Notes: a model not told the origin generated them from the sequence alone. A stretch of 64,000 bases of DNA from the human T2T-CHM13v2.0 reference genome, Homo sapiens (GCF_009914755.1 NC_060941.1), one strand, 5' to 3'. Positions 41,721-55,999 are shown, numbered from the stretch's first letter. Program-made: numbers and translations.

Positions 41721-42489
41721 ACCCACTTTTATTGTCACAGCTCCCTGAAGTCAGGTCTATGTCTTAATTATCTCTGTTAGCCTCAGAACCTAGCTTATTG
41801 CTAGTGCTCAAAGTTTGTCGAATTAATAACGAATATGATACCAAACATCACTTTCTAATAAACTTCTTGTGGCTGCCCTCCTAGCTCAGAACCCGAGAGA
41901 GAAACTACATAACGATTTGATTTCAAAGACATTTGCAGCTTTCACCTCTTCTGTGTCTCCTGAGCAGTAGCATCTTCTGTTTGGAGAGAGTTTACGGCAT
42001 CAGAGCCACAGCAGCAGTCATTTAGTAACGCCTGTGACAGACCTTCACACGCACTATCTCCTTTGATCCTCAGCAATTCCATGGGGTCGCGCTGTAATTA
42101 TAGCCAGCTCTCTTTTGACAGATGAACGTACCCAGGCCTGGAGAGATGAAACAACTTGGCCAGGGTTTGGTCAAATGGAGATGCCGCAGTCCAGTGCAGG
42201 ATTACCCAGCTCCAAATCCAATCCCCTTCTGCTATTGCTCTGAAGCCTTCTCAGCAGACATCCTGAACTGCTTGGCTCTGTTTTTAGATCAGAAGAAGCC
42301 TCAGAGCGTGAGCACTGAAGATCCCTGTCCCTCTGTCTCCTGTCGCTTCTGCCAGGCCGAAAAAAAGTTTACCCGAGCACCTGGGTGGACGGTGAATGGT
42401 CATCGTTTGGCAGCCTTTACTGCTGGCAAAGTGGAATTGCATGGGGGTGGGGACACTCTTGATTTTCCAAGAATGTCCCTGCTGTGGGA

Positions 42490-42900
42490 CACAATGTGCC
42501 CCTCCCCTATTCAGCATTGACCGCCCTCCTCATCCATCCACAGAAAGGTACTTTTAAGAGTTGCCATTCTGAGGAAGGATCGGGCAAGTGGAGGGAACTC
42601 AGGAGTGGGTAACAAAGAGTTAAGGCCGCAGCTGCCAGCACATGCAGTGTCGAGTTATGCTCAAACTGTTCCCACTGGCGACCAAGTCAGCTGTCATCAG
42701 AGAACAAAGAATCCCCCAGAGCCGCTCAAGTTGTGTCACACCCGGGAAGCCCTGAGAGCTCCCTGATTAGGATTTCTAAATCAGCCCCATCGAGGCCTGA
42801 AGAATAAAGCTGAGGAACAATGAGCCTGCCACATTCACACAGTCAGCAGTCCCGGCCGGGCTGCCCGCCTCCCCACCACCACCCCCTCCCACGGGGCCTC
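42490..42900. promoter_or_regulatory. SOX-motif-rich putative enhancer
   Basis: ACAATG 42491, AACAAAG 42611 and 42703, AACAATG 42816, two CAGCTG E-boxes, retained CpGs, repeat-free. Confidence 0.35.
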
Positions 42901-44229
42901 AAAGGCCACTTCACCTCCATCGGGAAAATCAAATCTCATCGAAAGCCCCGAGCCCACTGGGGCAGCATCCAGAGAGCTTCAGGAGGAGTGTGGGGGAATT
43001 TGCTGCACAGACTCCAGCTGCTGTCAGGGTGGTGGGGGTGGGAGGTGTGAATAGGGAGGGATCTGGTCCAAGGATGAGGGGGTCCTGAAGGCCAAATTTG
43101 GGATTTGGGAAGTCAGATTTTGCTGTTCTTGTTTCATTCCAGCCAAGTCCCAGTGATTGGAGTTTTGGGCTGGACTCCTAGAAAACCTCACCCTGACCAT
43201 GAGCCCCAAGCCTTAGAACTTCTCTTGGATCATAGTTAAGGCTAATAAAGGACCAGGAGTCCTACAGCATTAGCAAGATCGTGATGTCAGGAGAATTCCT
43301 TTACCCAGCCAATCCTACAGCAAGACAGGGCATTATGTCCAAAGCACCCTTAAGTTCAGGGTTTTGACTTAATCTCCACATGAGAATACATCATTGCGAT
43401 TCTGAGTGTTGTTGAAAATGAGCGTGCATTTATTCAACATAAATGTTTTAAAAATACCAAATTATTACAACCTTGAATTTGTAAATATTTTTAATATACT
43501 GGGATCCTCAAGAAAAGCACATGTGGAACCCCTCAAATTCTGAGGGGTCCTGGTTTTCATTCAAACTTAAATGCTTTTCCTTTTTTTCTATCAACGAAGT
43601 CGTTGCCTGGGACAGTCTTGCAGCTCCAGGTGTCATGGGGTCTCTAACAGGGACGCTTTAGGGAACTTGTGCTCTTAGGGGGAACCTGTTGCTGCAGCTG
43701 AGAAATTCTGGCTCTTCCCTTCTCTGTGTGTGGCTGGGTCAGACCTGGAATCTGTGGGTAGTTCACTGACAGTCGTCAGCATTCATGATCCCTGCCTGCA
43801 TGATCCCATTTCTGCATGGCATGGCACAGGGAAGCTTTTTCTGCATTATCTTCTGCATCATGCCTTTCACCAACTGGAATCACAAGGAGATGCACCTGCA
43901 TCTGCAGATCTCTGCTATTTTTTTCTGAAGGAGAGAGTGGAGGAACACATGGCCTGAACTCCTAGACCATCTTCTACAGCTCCAGCTCTGAGATCCGAAA
44001 GCCAGAGGGAAAATGATCAGGGTCCTTTGCAGCAGAATTATTCCAATGACTGGTTTTCAACTGCAGAGGCTGTTTAAGGAAGCTGAGTGTACTCAGCGTG
44101 TGAACATGCCAAGTGCATCGTCACTCCAAGGTTGGCCCAAAAGTATATGCCTAAAATGAGAAAATCTATCAAGAGCCCAAATGTGGCAAAGACCCTCATA
44201 TCAATAATACCTGCTAATACGGGGGCTTG

Positions 44230-44400
44230 TCTTATGTGTTAAGGATGGCTTGCAATTTATACTTATGATATTTAATCCCCCAATCCTATTTTATAGATGA
44301 GAAAAATGAGACTCAAAACTCCCGTAAGGCCATATAAGTAATAAACAGAAAAGTATTGGCAGAGCCAAGATTTGAACTCAAGTCTGTCTCCTCGCTAAGC
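44230..44400 (-). mobile_element. MIR
   Basis: attttatagatgagaaaaatgagactca...ggcagagccaagatttgaactcaagtctgtct. Confidence 0.8.
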
Positions 44401-44569
44401 TCTTGATCAGTAAGTTTCCTGGATTTTTTTCTCCTCAGTTGAACTCTCAATTTAAATGTAAAAGTCTTCAGTTTGCAAAGTTTACCTTTTCTTCTTCTGT
44501 ATCTCAGTGCTAGTGAAGAATGGAACAAGATCCAACTACCATCAGCAGAGGATAACCCTCACTGTCGTG

Positions 44570-44800
44570 GAGCACAGGGCATGGATTCAGGTGCTGACCC
44601 AATCAGATCCAAAGCTAACACTGCTGCTAAGAGACTGAGCCACTGGAGCTAGTCACCTGCCCTCTCCAAGCCTCAGTTTCCTCATGTGTGAAAGTCTAGC
44701 AATAATATCAATTTCACTGGGATATAATAGGGAATAGCAGAAGCTGGAGCAGAAATACGTGGCCCATGATACATACTCTGCGGGTGCTAGTTTCCTACTT
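44570..44800 (+). mobile_element. MIR
   Basis: agcctcagtttcctcatgtgtgaaa core. Confidence 0.7.
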
Positions 44801-45423
44801 CTTCCTTCCACAGGTAAAAAGGTAGGCATTAACTCTCCTCAAGTCATGCTGCTCCAGGTTAAATAACCCTCCAGAAACAGTTCCATCTTTTTGGCTCTTT
44901 TTTGGGCTATCTTTTATTCCTCCTTTACCTTCTTGAAACTTGGCAGGACTGACCAATAAGAAATGTTGCCTAAAGATGAGCTTTCAGTACTCTGGAAATT
45001 AAGGTCAAGCTGCTGTGTTGCTCTCATAACCTGGAGTATAAATCTGCCCTTGATGTTTGCAGAAATGTCTCCAGGCTTGCCACCACTATTTATAGATCCA
45101 AGAAATGACAAGGGGTGCTAACTGAGAAGGAGATCTGTTAAATGCAGGAGGGTTAATCTGACCATGTGATTGCAAAATGCATTTGATGACAAGGACCTCT
45201 GCACCTTTCTCCAGAGTTCTTTTAAGTTGTCTCAGTGAGAGGCACTATAGACAGTGTTGTTAGGCTGGGAACTGGGGGGCTCAGACCCTGGAAAGAAGCC
45301 ACTGGGATTTGCTGATATTGGTATCCCCAATTTCTGTTCAGTAACCGTCTTCAGTGGATTTTTAATATTTCTGATGGGTTGGATGAATGAGTGAAGAATT
45401 AATGAATGATGTGGACACCCTAA

Positions 45424-45771
<348 letters not shown>

Positions 45772-46159
45772 AACCAAGACTTTTTCTACCCCCAATTAAA
45801 TCCTGTTTAACGACATCAGAGTACCATCAAATCCCTTTTTCCACATTTAATTTTAAAATGCCAGCTCAACTCTTAAAACTAATGAATTTCTAACTGATGT
45901 TGATAAAAGCAAAGAAAAGACTTCACAAAATTGTTGATGTACCTTAATGACTGGCAGGACAGCAGAAGTGTGGCACAACTGGCCAGATGCTATGGACGTG
46001 ATGGAGCCAGAACGCTAAGGATACGTCAAAGGTGGAAGGAAGAATGAACAAAAGACCTGAATAAGACTGGATTGTTGAAGACCCACCAGTGATCATTTTA
46101 TGGCATTAATGGAGAGCATAGAATTTAAGAACTCATGGTGCAAGACAATTATTTGATGT

Positions 46160-46360
46160 AATTAAAAGAGCAGAAATTTTAAAGTCAGACAACTGAGAGT
46201 TTGAATTCCAACTTGGCCACTTACTGAATAGGAAAACTCAGTTTCTTCATCTGTAAAATGGGCAAATATGTACTTTAACTCTCACAAGACTATTATGAGA
46301 ATCAAATGAAATAAGCACACATATCTAGAGCCTGGTATAATGAGATAAATGGTAATACTG
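46160..46360 (+). mobile_element. MIR
   Basis: ctcagtttcttcatctgtaaaatggg...tgagaatcaaatgaaataa. Confidence 0.85.
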
Positions 46361-47479
46361 TGGGTGGACAGAGGTTAGGACTAAGAAACAGATCAAAGGA
46401 TGGGAAGGGCCACAGGAATCATGCCAGGGTATAGGGGGGTAAGATTGGCAGCAATGACCATAGCAGTGACTGTTCAAGAGGTAAGGATGCTAGGCTAAAA
46501 ATTGGTCTCAAATGACCAGTCATGAGATTAAAGCCAGAAAGGAAGAGACAGGAAACATCTATCAACAGGGGAAACAGATTATGAACAAATACCCAGGAAG
46601 GGAAGGACGTGGTCTGATTTCCTCCAGGGTGCTGGCTCGGCCATAGGGAGAGGCCTCTCTGATGGGTGCCATGGCCCTGGGGGCAGGATGGTCTTGGTGC
46701 AAACTGTAAAATAACTCGATATTTGTCTTTGGTGCTATTGTCTCCCTGGTCCGTACTTTTTCTAACTCCTCATTTTACCCTCATTCCCAGAACCCAGTGA
46801 TTACACACTATCTCCTTCTCCCTGATATAAAACCTGTCTTCCAAACATTCATTCAAACATCTCTGCCGCAGGATAGATGGCAAGTGAAGGTTTAAAACAC
46901 AAGCCCGGTCCCACAGTTATTTACATTTGAAAGTCAATTAAACAAGAAAGTTGGTTCTGCAAACGTTCTTGGAACTCTGCTTTGTCCCATGCACTGAGAC
47001 AGGCACTGAAAATACGCAGGGGATAGAAATGCCTCTCTCCTTGGATTAAAACACGGCGTGCTCATCATGGGCACCTGGGCATGTTAGCTGGTCGGTCCTC
47101 TCAGAATCACCTGCTCCTCCCAAGGGTAAGAAGAGTCCCAGACACGGCCTCACCAGGCCCCCTCCTGCACACATCCCACCTGGGGGGAGCGTGGCAATTG
47201 TTCCCTGTTAACTCAGCCCTCCCTGCCTCACTGCAGAGGGGAAGCAGCCAGGGGGGAAAGCAGGGGAGAGTACACTGGCCTGGGAAGAGGACACCAGAGT
47301 TCTAGCCCTCAGTCCTCTTACTCACTTGTTCTTCCAACTTGAGCAAATCATCTTCACTCTCTATGTTTCTCTTTATAGAAACAAAGAGGTGTCTTCAGCT
47401 CCAACATTCTAGGGATTCATAGGGATGGCAAGTCATATTGGCTCTGTGACCACTTTGCTTTTTAATAAAATTATGTATG

Positions 47480-47809
47480 CAGTCATGCCTGGAATAGCAA
47501 CATTCAGTCAAGGACAGACCACATAAATGATGGAGGTCCCATAAGATTATAATACTGTATTTTTTACTGTACCTTTTCTGTGTTTAGATACACAAATACC
47601 ATCGTGTTACAATTGCCTACAGTATTCAATACAGCAACATGCTGTACAGATTTGTAGCCTAGGAGCAATAGGCCATATCCTATAGCCTAGGTGTGTGGTA
47701 GGCTACACCATCTAGGTTTGTATAAGTAGTCTATGAAGTTCCCATGGCAAAAATCTCCTAATGATGCATTTCTCAGAATGTATCCCTGTTGTTAAGCGAT
47801 GCATGGCTG
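47480..47809. mobile_element. Tigger3/MER7-type TcMar MITE
   Basis: Terminal inverted repeats cagtcatgc...gcatggctg; internal ggtcccataagattataatactg and tagcctaggagcaataggc. Confidence 0.9.
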
Positions 47810-47945
47810 CATACACACACACACACACACACACGTGTATATAAGTATTGTATATATGCCATCCATTTAATTATATGCCTACATATATGTATGTATGTGT
47901 ATATAGACATGTATGTGAATATACATATATACATGTACGTATATA
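47810..47945. repeat. (CA)n/(TA)n low-complexity block
   Basis: Directly visible. Confidence 0.85.
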
Positions 47946-48051
47946 ACTTTTTGAAAAAGCAGTCATCAGAGCCAATAGGAAGAGAGAGGAGCATAGATTT
48001 GGGAAAACAGTGCTTTAAAGTACAGACATCTTCTGTTAAGAAAAAGTGTTC

Positions 48052-48354
48052 TTTTTTTTTTTTTTTTTTTTTTGGAGACGGAGTCTCGCTTTGTTGTCCA
48101 GGCTAGAGTGCAGTGACACGATCTTGGCTCACTGCAACGTCTGCCTCCTGGGTTCAAGCGATTCTCCGGCCTCAGCCTCCTGAGTAGCTAGGACTACAGG
48201 TGTGCACCACCATGCCCAGCTAATTTTTGTATTTTTAGTAGAGACGGGGTTTCACCACGTTGGCTAGGATGGTCTCCATCTATCGACCTTGTGGTCTGCC
48301 CACCTCAGCCTCCCAAAGTGCTGGGATTACAGGTGTGAGCCACCGCGCCCGGCC
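48052..48354 (-). mobile_element. AluS (Sc-like)
   Basis: Reverse Alu; TSD gaaaaagtgttctt. Confidence 0.96.
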
Positions 48355-48910
48355 GAAAAAGTGTTCTTAATCACAGAATACCTTCCCCATAAAAAAGCCA
48401 AGGACCTACCCAAGCCAGTTAGAATCAAGAATGTGTTTGCTACTCTTTAAAAAGTACCATCATTTTAGAGCGGGGCCCCTGGGCACCTGCATTCATTTCC
48501 CTGGTCCCAGTTTAAACAGGGCTCTGCAACAGCTTGCAGGTTCACTGCCCCAACCTGTTGTGCTCACCATCCCTGTGGTGCAGGACAGTGCTCGTTGTTT
48601 CTGGGCTGCGTGGAGGAAAATGTAGCATTTGGATAAAACTGTAAAATGAGTGAATGAATTGGTGAACTTCAATATCAAAATTAATGATGACAGTGATGAA
48701 TGCTAAGGAAGCTATCTCCATACAACAAGTGAAAGAAGGGCCTTCTTCATCCCTGGCCACAGACAGAATTGGAGGGCTCCAGCTTCATTCTTGGGTTCAC
48801 AGAATTCCCAGGTCAGCAGTGACCTTAAAGCTTATCCAGTCCCAGCTTCCCAGCCCATCTGATACAGGTAACTTTTCTAAACCACGCTAATAAGTAGTCT
48901 TCGCAATATT

Positions 48911-48947
48911 TTTGCAATATCTGTCACAGTTGTGCAGATATTGCAAA
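48911..48947. repeat. Perfect 13-bp inverted repeat
   Basis: TTTGCAATATCTG-(11 nt)-CAGATATTGCAAA. Confidence 0.95.
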
Positions 48948-49814
48948 CCTAAATGTGTTAAAGTGTGGAGGCAAATATCAAGGCATTAAACATTTTTTGG
49001 TCCTGCATTTATGTAACACTGCCTACTAAATGAGTGTCTAAAGAATGTACTTGACATTCCTTAGGACCATGTGCAGGGAATCTTTCCTTCAGGGCAAAAC
49101 CCAACCAAAATAACATGGAGCAGGATAGAGCTTATTTTCCAAGTGTTTCTGAGAAATTCAAGGGCAGTTGGGAAAACATGGAGCCTTACTAGACATCCAA
49201 GTACAAGTCCACCTACTCTCCCTTTCGGAAGAATCTTCACCCACAGCCCCCTGCACTAGACAGTCAGGTAGTCTGTGCCCACCACACAAATGATAGCTAA
49301 GTAGATCGCCCCCGACCCTCAGGCAAGCAATTCAATTCACCAAGTGAACAAAAGATGAGCTGAACCCAGCAGATTCCACCCCTGGGCATTTAAGGATTAG
49401 AAAATGCAGATAAAGATTTGTTGCTAATCAGCTGGTGGAGTACAGTAATGAGGTGAGAAAGCAGAGTGCCCTCCTGGCTCAGCGTGGGGCCAACCAAAGT
49501 CACGTACACAACGTTATAGAGTAGCAGAAACTACAAGGAAATGCAGCAGAGCAATTTGGAAAAGGGATTGGGAAGCAGATAGATTGAGAAAAGCAGAAAA
49601 TAAGAGACAATTTGGCCCCCAAGAGATGGGAGAGATGGAAAGGCCAGCTGATAAGACTTTCCAGGCTCAGCCCTCAATTCTCGCAGGGCCCAGCAGTACT
49701 AGGCTCTCTGTGTAAATCAGGCCAAGTGCACATGAAACACAGGCACTAATAATACAGGTTACATTAATAATTCTACATAAAAACTTCAAAGCGCAAAGTA
49801 TGAACATTTCAATA

Positions 49815-49858
49815 TGTTATGTCATTGTGCCACGCTTGTTATGTCATTGTGCCATGCT
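49815..49858. repeat. 22-bp tandem duplication
   Basis: tgttatgtcattgtgcca(c/t)gct x2. Confidence 0.95.
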
Positions 49859-49989
49859 CGTTCAGTACCTTCACATCCTCCATGTACTTACTTTCTCAGG
49901 CTAATGCTCTGGCCTATTTTATATGATAATGTCAGGAGATCAGGGACAATTTCTTTTTTTTTTTTTTCTTTTTTATAGTGGCAGACAGA

Positions 49990-52035
49990 CATGGTTTTAT
50001 TTATTTTAAAAAAAAAAACTTTATGGGTATATGGTAGTGTATTTATTTATGGATATGTGAGATATTTTGATACAGGCATACAATGAATGCATAATAATCC
50101 CATCAGGGTAAATGGAGTATCCATCCCCTCAAGCTTTTATCATTTCTTTGTGTTACAAACAATCCAATTATACTCTTTTAATTATTTTAAAATGGACAAT
50201 AAATTATTGTTGACTGTAATCACCCTGATATGCTATCAAATACTAGATCTTATTTATTCTATCCAACTATATTTTTGTACCCATTAACCACCCCTACTCC
50301 CCACCCCACCCACTACCCTTCCTGGCTTCTGGTAACCATCATTCTACTATTTCCATGAGTTCAATTGTTTTAATTTTTAGCTCCCATAAATGAGTGAGAA
50401 CATGTGAAGTTTGTCTTTCTGTGCCTGGCTTATTTCATGTAACATAATGTCCTCTAATTCTATCCATGTTGTTGTAAATGTCAGGATCTCATTCTTTTTT
50501 ATGGCTGAATAGCACTCCATTGTGTATATGCACCATATTTTCTTTATCCATTTGTCTGTTGACGGACTCTTAAGTTGCTTCCAAATCTTGGCTATTGTGA
50601 ATAGTGCTGCAATAAAGGTGGGAGTGCAGATACCTCTTTGATATACTGATTTCTTTTATTTAGGAGTATATACCTAGCAGTGGGATTGCTAGAACATACA
50701 GCAGTTTTATTTTTAGTTTTTTGAGGAACTTCCATAATGTTCTCCATAGTGGTTGTACTAATTTACATTCCCACTAACAATGTAGAAGGGTTCCCTTTTC
50801 TCCATATCCTTACCAGCGTTTGTTATTGCCAGTCTTTTGGATAAGAGCCATTTTAGCTGGGTTAAGATGATATCTCATTGTAATTTTGATTTGCATTTCT
50901 CTGATAATCAATGATGTTCAGCACCTTTTCATAGACCTGTTTGCCACCTGTATGTCTTGAGAAACATCTATTCAGATCTTTTGCTCATTTTTTAATCAGA
51001 GTGTTAGATATTTTCCTATTGTTTGAGCTCCTTATATTTCCTGGTTATTAATCTTTTGTCGGATGGTTTGCAAATATTTCCTCTCTTTCTGTGGGTTGTC
51101 TCTTCACTTGGTTGATTGTTTTCCTTGCCATGCAGATGCCTCTTAACTTGATGTGATCCCATTTGTCCATTTTTGCTTTGGTTGCCTGTGCTTTGGGGAT
51201 ACTATTCAATAAATCTTTAACCAGACCAAATTCCTGGAGGGTTTCCTCAATGTTTTCTTATAGTACTTTCATGCAAGTTTGAAGTCTTAGATTTCAGTCT
51301 GTAATCCCTTTTTTTTTTTTTTTGTATATGGTGAGAGATAGGGGTCTAGTCTCATTCCTCTGAATATGGATGTCTAATTTTCCTAGTATCATTTATTGAA
51401 GAGACTGTCCTTTCCCAAATACATGTTCCTGGTACCTTTGTTGAAAATGAGTTCTCTGTAGATGAATGAATTTATTTCTGGGTTCTCTATTCTGTTCCAT
51501 TGGTCGATGTCTCCATTCTTATGCCAGTGCCATGCCATTTTGGTTACAATAACTCTGTAGTATAATTTGAAGTCAAGTAATGTGATTCCTCCAGTTTTCT
51601 TCTTTTTGGTCAGGATGGCTTTGGCTGTTCTGGGTCTTTCATGGTTCCATATATATTTTAGAATTATTCTTTCCATTTCAGTGAAGAACGTCATTGGCAT
51701 TTTGATAGGGTTTGCATTTAATCTATAGATTGTTTTGGGTAGTATGGACATTTTAACAATATTGATTCTTCCAATCCATGAACATGGAATATCTTTCCAT
51801 TTTTTGGTGTCCTCTTCAATTTCTTGCATGAATATTTTTCATGGTAGAGATCTTTTGCTTCTTTAGTTAAGTTTATTCCTAGGTATTTTATTTTATTTTT
51901 CACTATTTTAAATGGGGTTATTTTTTAAATTTCTTTTTCAGATTGATATGTGTTGGCATATGGAAATGCTACTGATTTTTGCATGTTGATTTTGTTTCCT
52001 GCAACATTCTGCAAGCTTTACTGAATTCATTTATT
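49990..52035 (-). mobile_element. ~2 kb L1MA/L1PB-type L1 3' fragment, decayed ORF2
   Basis: ORF 51389-51829 gives L1 ORF2p peptide [23 protein letters not shown]; 3'UTR acaggcatacaatg...catcagggtaaatgg. Confidence 0.95.
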
Positions 52036-52229
52036 GTCAAAAACAAATTGTCAGTTTTAGACAATTTGTGTTTTCTATCAGAACACCTAGCACAATGACA
52101 TGTTTACAATTTGGGAATTTGTGGGGTTTTTTAGCATCATATGTCAAAAAATCAATAGGATTTTAGCAATTCAAAACTGTATTCATCTCACAAGCTTTGT
52201 CAGATGGCTTAAAAAAGATTTTAAACTGT

Positions 52230-52680
52230 ATGTATGTTCTAGTCATAATAGCCCATACTGGACACTACCCAAATATCTACCTCCAGTAGAATAAAAAAAT
52301 AAATTGTGGTATTTCCATGCCATGAAATATTTTACCAAACTGTGAATAAATAACCTGGGACTTTATGCAACAGTCAGACTGAATGTTGAGAAGAAGAAAC
52401 CTGACACAAAACCATACATACTATGTGATTTCATTTACATAAAATTCAAAAATAAGCCAAATAAATTTATGGTGTTCAAAGTTAAGACAGGGGCTTCCCT
52501 TTTTGGGGAAGGAGGAGGAGTAGCTGAAAGAGATCAGGAGGAGACAGAGACTTTTCCTAATGTTCTGTTTCTTGATCCAGGCGCTGATTACACAGGTATA
52601 TTCAGTTTATAAAATTCATCAAACTGCTCACCTATGATTTGTGCACTTTTCCATAGATATGTTATTATACTTCAAAAAAA
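52230..52680 (+). mobile_element. Old L1M 3' fragment
   Basis: ataaattgtggtatttccatgc...catactatgtgatttcatttacataaaattcaaaa...gtgcactttt. Confidence 0.8.
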
Positions 52681-53432
52681 GTCAGAGAACTAGGGTAACT
52701 ATGATAAAAAATGAAATGAAAACAATCAATAGGAAAACATATACAATTCACAAAGCAACTTTGAGGTTTCTAACATTTTGGCTCCATATTGCTGTTTTGA
52801 AAACTTGAGGCAAAGAATGTTATAGGAAACTACTTTGTTAACATGTTTGCTTTAGAAAACTGTTTGTCCTAGGAAGTTGTTCTTGACCCATCTGCTTTGA
52901 TGAGAAATAATTCATTATGACATCACTAACTCAGTGCTAATTAACTCGACATTTATAAAATGTGTGCAGCAGATTTTCTTAAGACCAAGAACAGAGCTGA
53001 AGTTGTTTCTTCTTGATTCAAGAAAAAATTATATTTTTAGGTATAAAAGGACAGATTAACTTTAGAAAAACGATACTCATTTTAATGCTTCCCTTTGATA
53101 AACCAAAACCTATCTGAGATGTCCTTTTTTAATAAACATTGGACCATCTCCTGTTCAGCCTTTCCCCCAACAGTTCTAAGCCCAATCCAACCTTCAGTTA
53201 TAAATGGAGACTTATATGTCCAGAGTGTTGCCAATTCATGCCAAGTTCCCTCTCAGACAAAGTTATGTCTTTAAGTCTGAGCTCTTAGAAGGATGGGAAT
53301 GAATAAATGTATTATCTATGCACATATGCAGATAACAAATGCATAGAAATTTGCATAAGCCTATTTAGAGAGACGCACTCAACTTTTTCCTGTCAACAAA
53401 GGACTTTCACATAGACACATAGACAAGCACTC

Positions 53433-53719
53433 TTGTTTTTTTCTTTGAGACGGAGTCTCGCTCTGTCGCCAGACTAGAGTGCAGAGATCTTGGCTCACTG
53501 CAACCTCCGCCTCCCACGTTCAAGCGATTCTCCTGTCTCACCCTCCCAAGTAGCTGGGACTACAGGCGAGTGCCACCACGCCCAGCTAACTTTTGTATTT
53601 TTAGAAGAGATGGGGTTTCACCATGTTGGCCAGGGTGGTCTTGATCTCTTGACCTTGCGATCGGCCCGCCTCAGACTCCCAAAGTGCTGGGATTACAGGC
53701 GTGAGCCACCATGTCCAGC
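53433..53719 (-). mobile_element. AluS
   Basis: Reverse Alu; TSD gacaagcact. Confidence 0.95.
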
Positions 53720-54084
53720 TGACAAGCACTTTAAAAAGAACATTTTCTCAAAATTTTCATTTTCCTGTCACTTTTTCAAAACCATCTTCTAACCTCCTAT
53801 GTCTTGGAAAGGTGGTTCCTCATATTTGAATATTAACTTTTTTTCTCTATTAACACTAATCCTTTTTAGGAAAAATTAGTAGGCTCTTGGAAGAATAAAT
53901 TGAATTGAAAATAAATTTCAAGGTTTGATTTTAAGTGTTAACCACTCCTAAGGCTGCTTAACTCAGAAATCACCATCAACCTCCTCTTGGTTAAACGTCT
54001 TCTCAGGAGGGCACAATAGATGCTGCCTGAGCTCTGAGAGAGCCACAGTGGGTCTGCATTTAGCTCTTCTACTCATTCACAGTG

Positions 54085-54250
54085 AGACGTGTCTACTTGG
54101 ATGACCTGGAGTACTCGTTAAAACACAGATTCCCAGGGCCCTCTCTCAGAGATTCTGAAAAGGCAGGTCTGGGCTGGGGGACCAGATTTGTATTTTTAAC
54201 ACCCCAAGAGACTGATGCAGGACCACATTGGCTGACATATTGAAATGTAT
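54085..54250. mobile_element. MER5A (hAT-Charlie)
   Basis: gttaaaacacagattcccagggccc...cagagattctga...aggtctggg...atttgtatttttaaca. Confidence 0.8.
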
Positions 54251-55196
54251 GCTAGATGCATGCTATGTATAACCCCGTGGATTCTGCACTAATCCAGCAA
54301 GAAGGATCAGATGCCCTCAGAGGCCTGGCCACTTCCTCCATCCCCCAATTCACTTCACTTCCCCACATCCAGTCTAAGCACTGATCCCAGGTTGAGAAAG
54401 GATTGTATTCCAAATAATACTTTGTAAAGCTTAATTGGAACTAAGAACTCATGTGGCTTTTTTGTTCTTTCTTTTTGAATGGTGCTTTGGGTTCTTAGGC
54501 CTCCTTATTTAACCTAGAAGGGAGCACAACCTCAGCACCAACTATGGGATGCCGGGCTCTGGGAGTAGAAGGATAGAAAAGTAAGAAGTCATTGCCAGTT
54601 TGTTTCCCAGACAGGAATGATCTTAGGCAAAATGTGGGGGAAGAGCAGGAAGGAGAAGTTTGCTTGACAACCACACTCCTCCTTTTCTGCATTTTTCTCC
54701 CTCTTAGAGTTCTTTTTCAGAGGGTATTGGGGTTTTCTAAACTTTCATTCAGCTTCTCCTGGGTCTACCCCTAGTAATCAAGTTTCTTTTACCTAGAGAA
54801 GCTAATATCAGCTAAGATTTAAAAGAGAGGCAATTTGATTGAATCAGTTCATGCCAAAGTGTGAGTGGCTGAAACACAACCAGTTAAGCAATATTTAATA
54901 GCACAGGTGAAAGTGTCTCTGTGATCGCATTCCACTTCTCCAGTTTCTCCCGGAAGAAGGAGCCTTCCAGGCCCTCAACCATGTACCTGAAAGATGTCCT
55001 ACTCATCATCTAAAAGTTGGTCAACCCACTTAGAAGCCACACCCATCCCTTGCCACAGACTTACTGACATGCCCCCACTCAGAACCAGAACAAGCCATGG
55101 TCTCACAGGAGCTCTTGCTAGCACTGGTAAAATTATACAACTCCAACATAACTTCGTCTACTGTTACTTCTTCACTTAAAACCTGTGAAACCTTGA

Positions 55197-55626
<430 letters not shown>

Positions 55627-55999
55627 TAGAAAACAGCAAAGACATTTCCAGCTGCCAATCCAAAAGTAATAATTAGCCTGACTGCCATGTAGTTGACCCT
55701 ATAGACAGACTGGCCTGTGAACGACTCAATGGGATGTCTTGTCCCCACAAATCTGGGCATAGGTCTCTCTGTCCTCTTTGCGTTGGGACCATCCTTTTCT
55801 GCAGTGTCTTTTTTGAAATGCATGGTACTGTTAAAAGCCGCACACAGGACAGACACATGGGAAGCTATGTTGGAGCAAATTTTGCACCATTTTAGAAGTA
55901 GGGGAAAGAGGCATTATATACCTTCTAGACTAATCCCAGCATCCATGACAGAGATCCAAGACTTGTGGGTCTAGCCACATGCTTCTCTCCATGCATTCA

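Noticed and set aside
51389-51903. 146-aa and 61-aa L1 ORF2-like ORFs
   Set aside because: Pieces of a decayed L1MA/PB copy broken by frameshifts and stops
55630-55900. Unique-looking segment considered as ncRNA or miRNA
   Set aside because: No hairpin or known RNA family recognisable by eye
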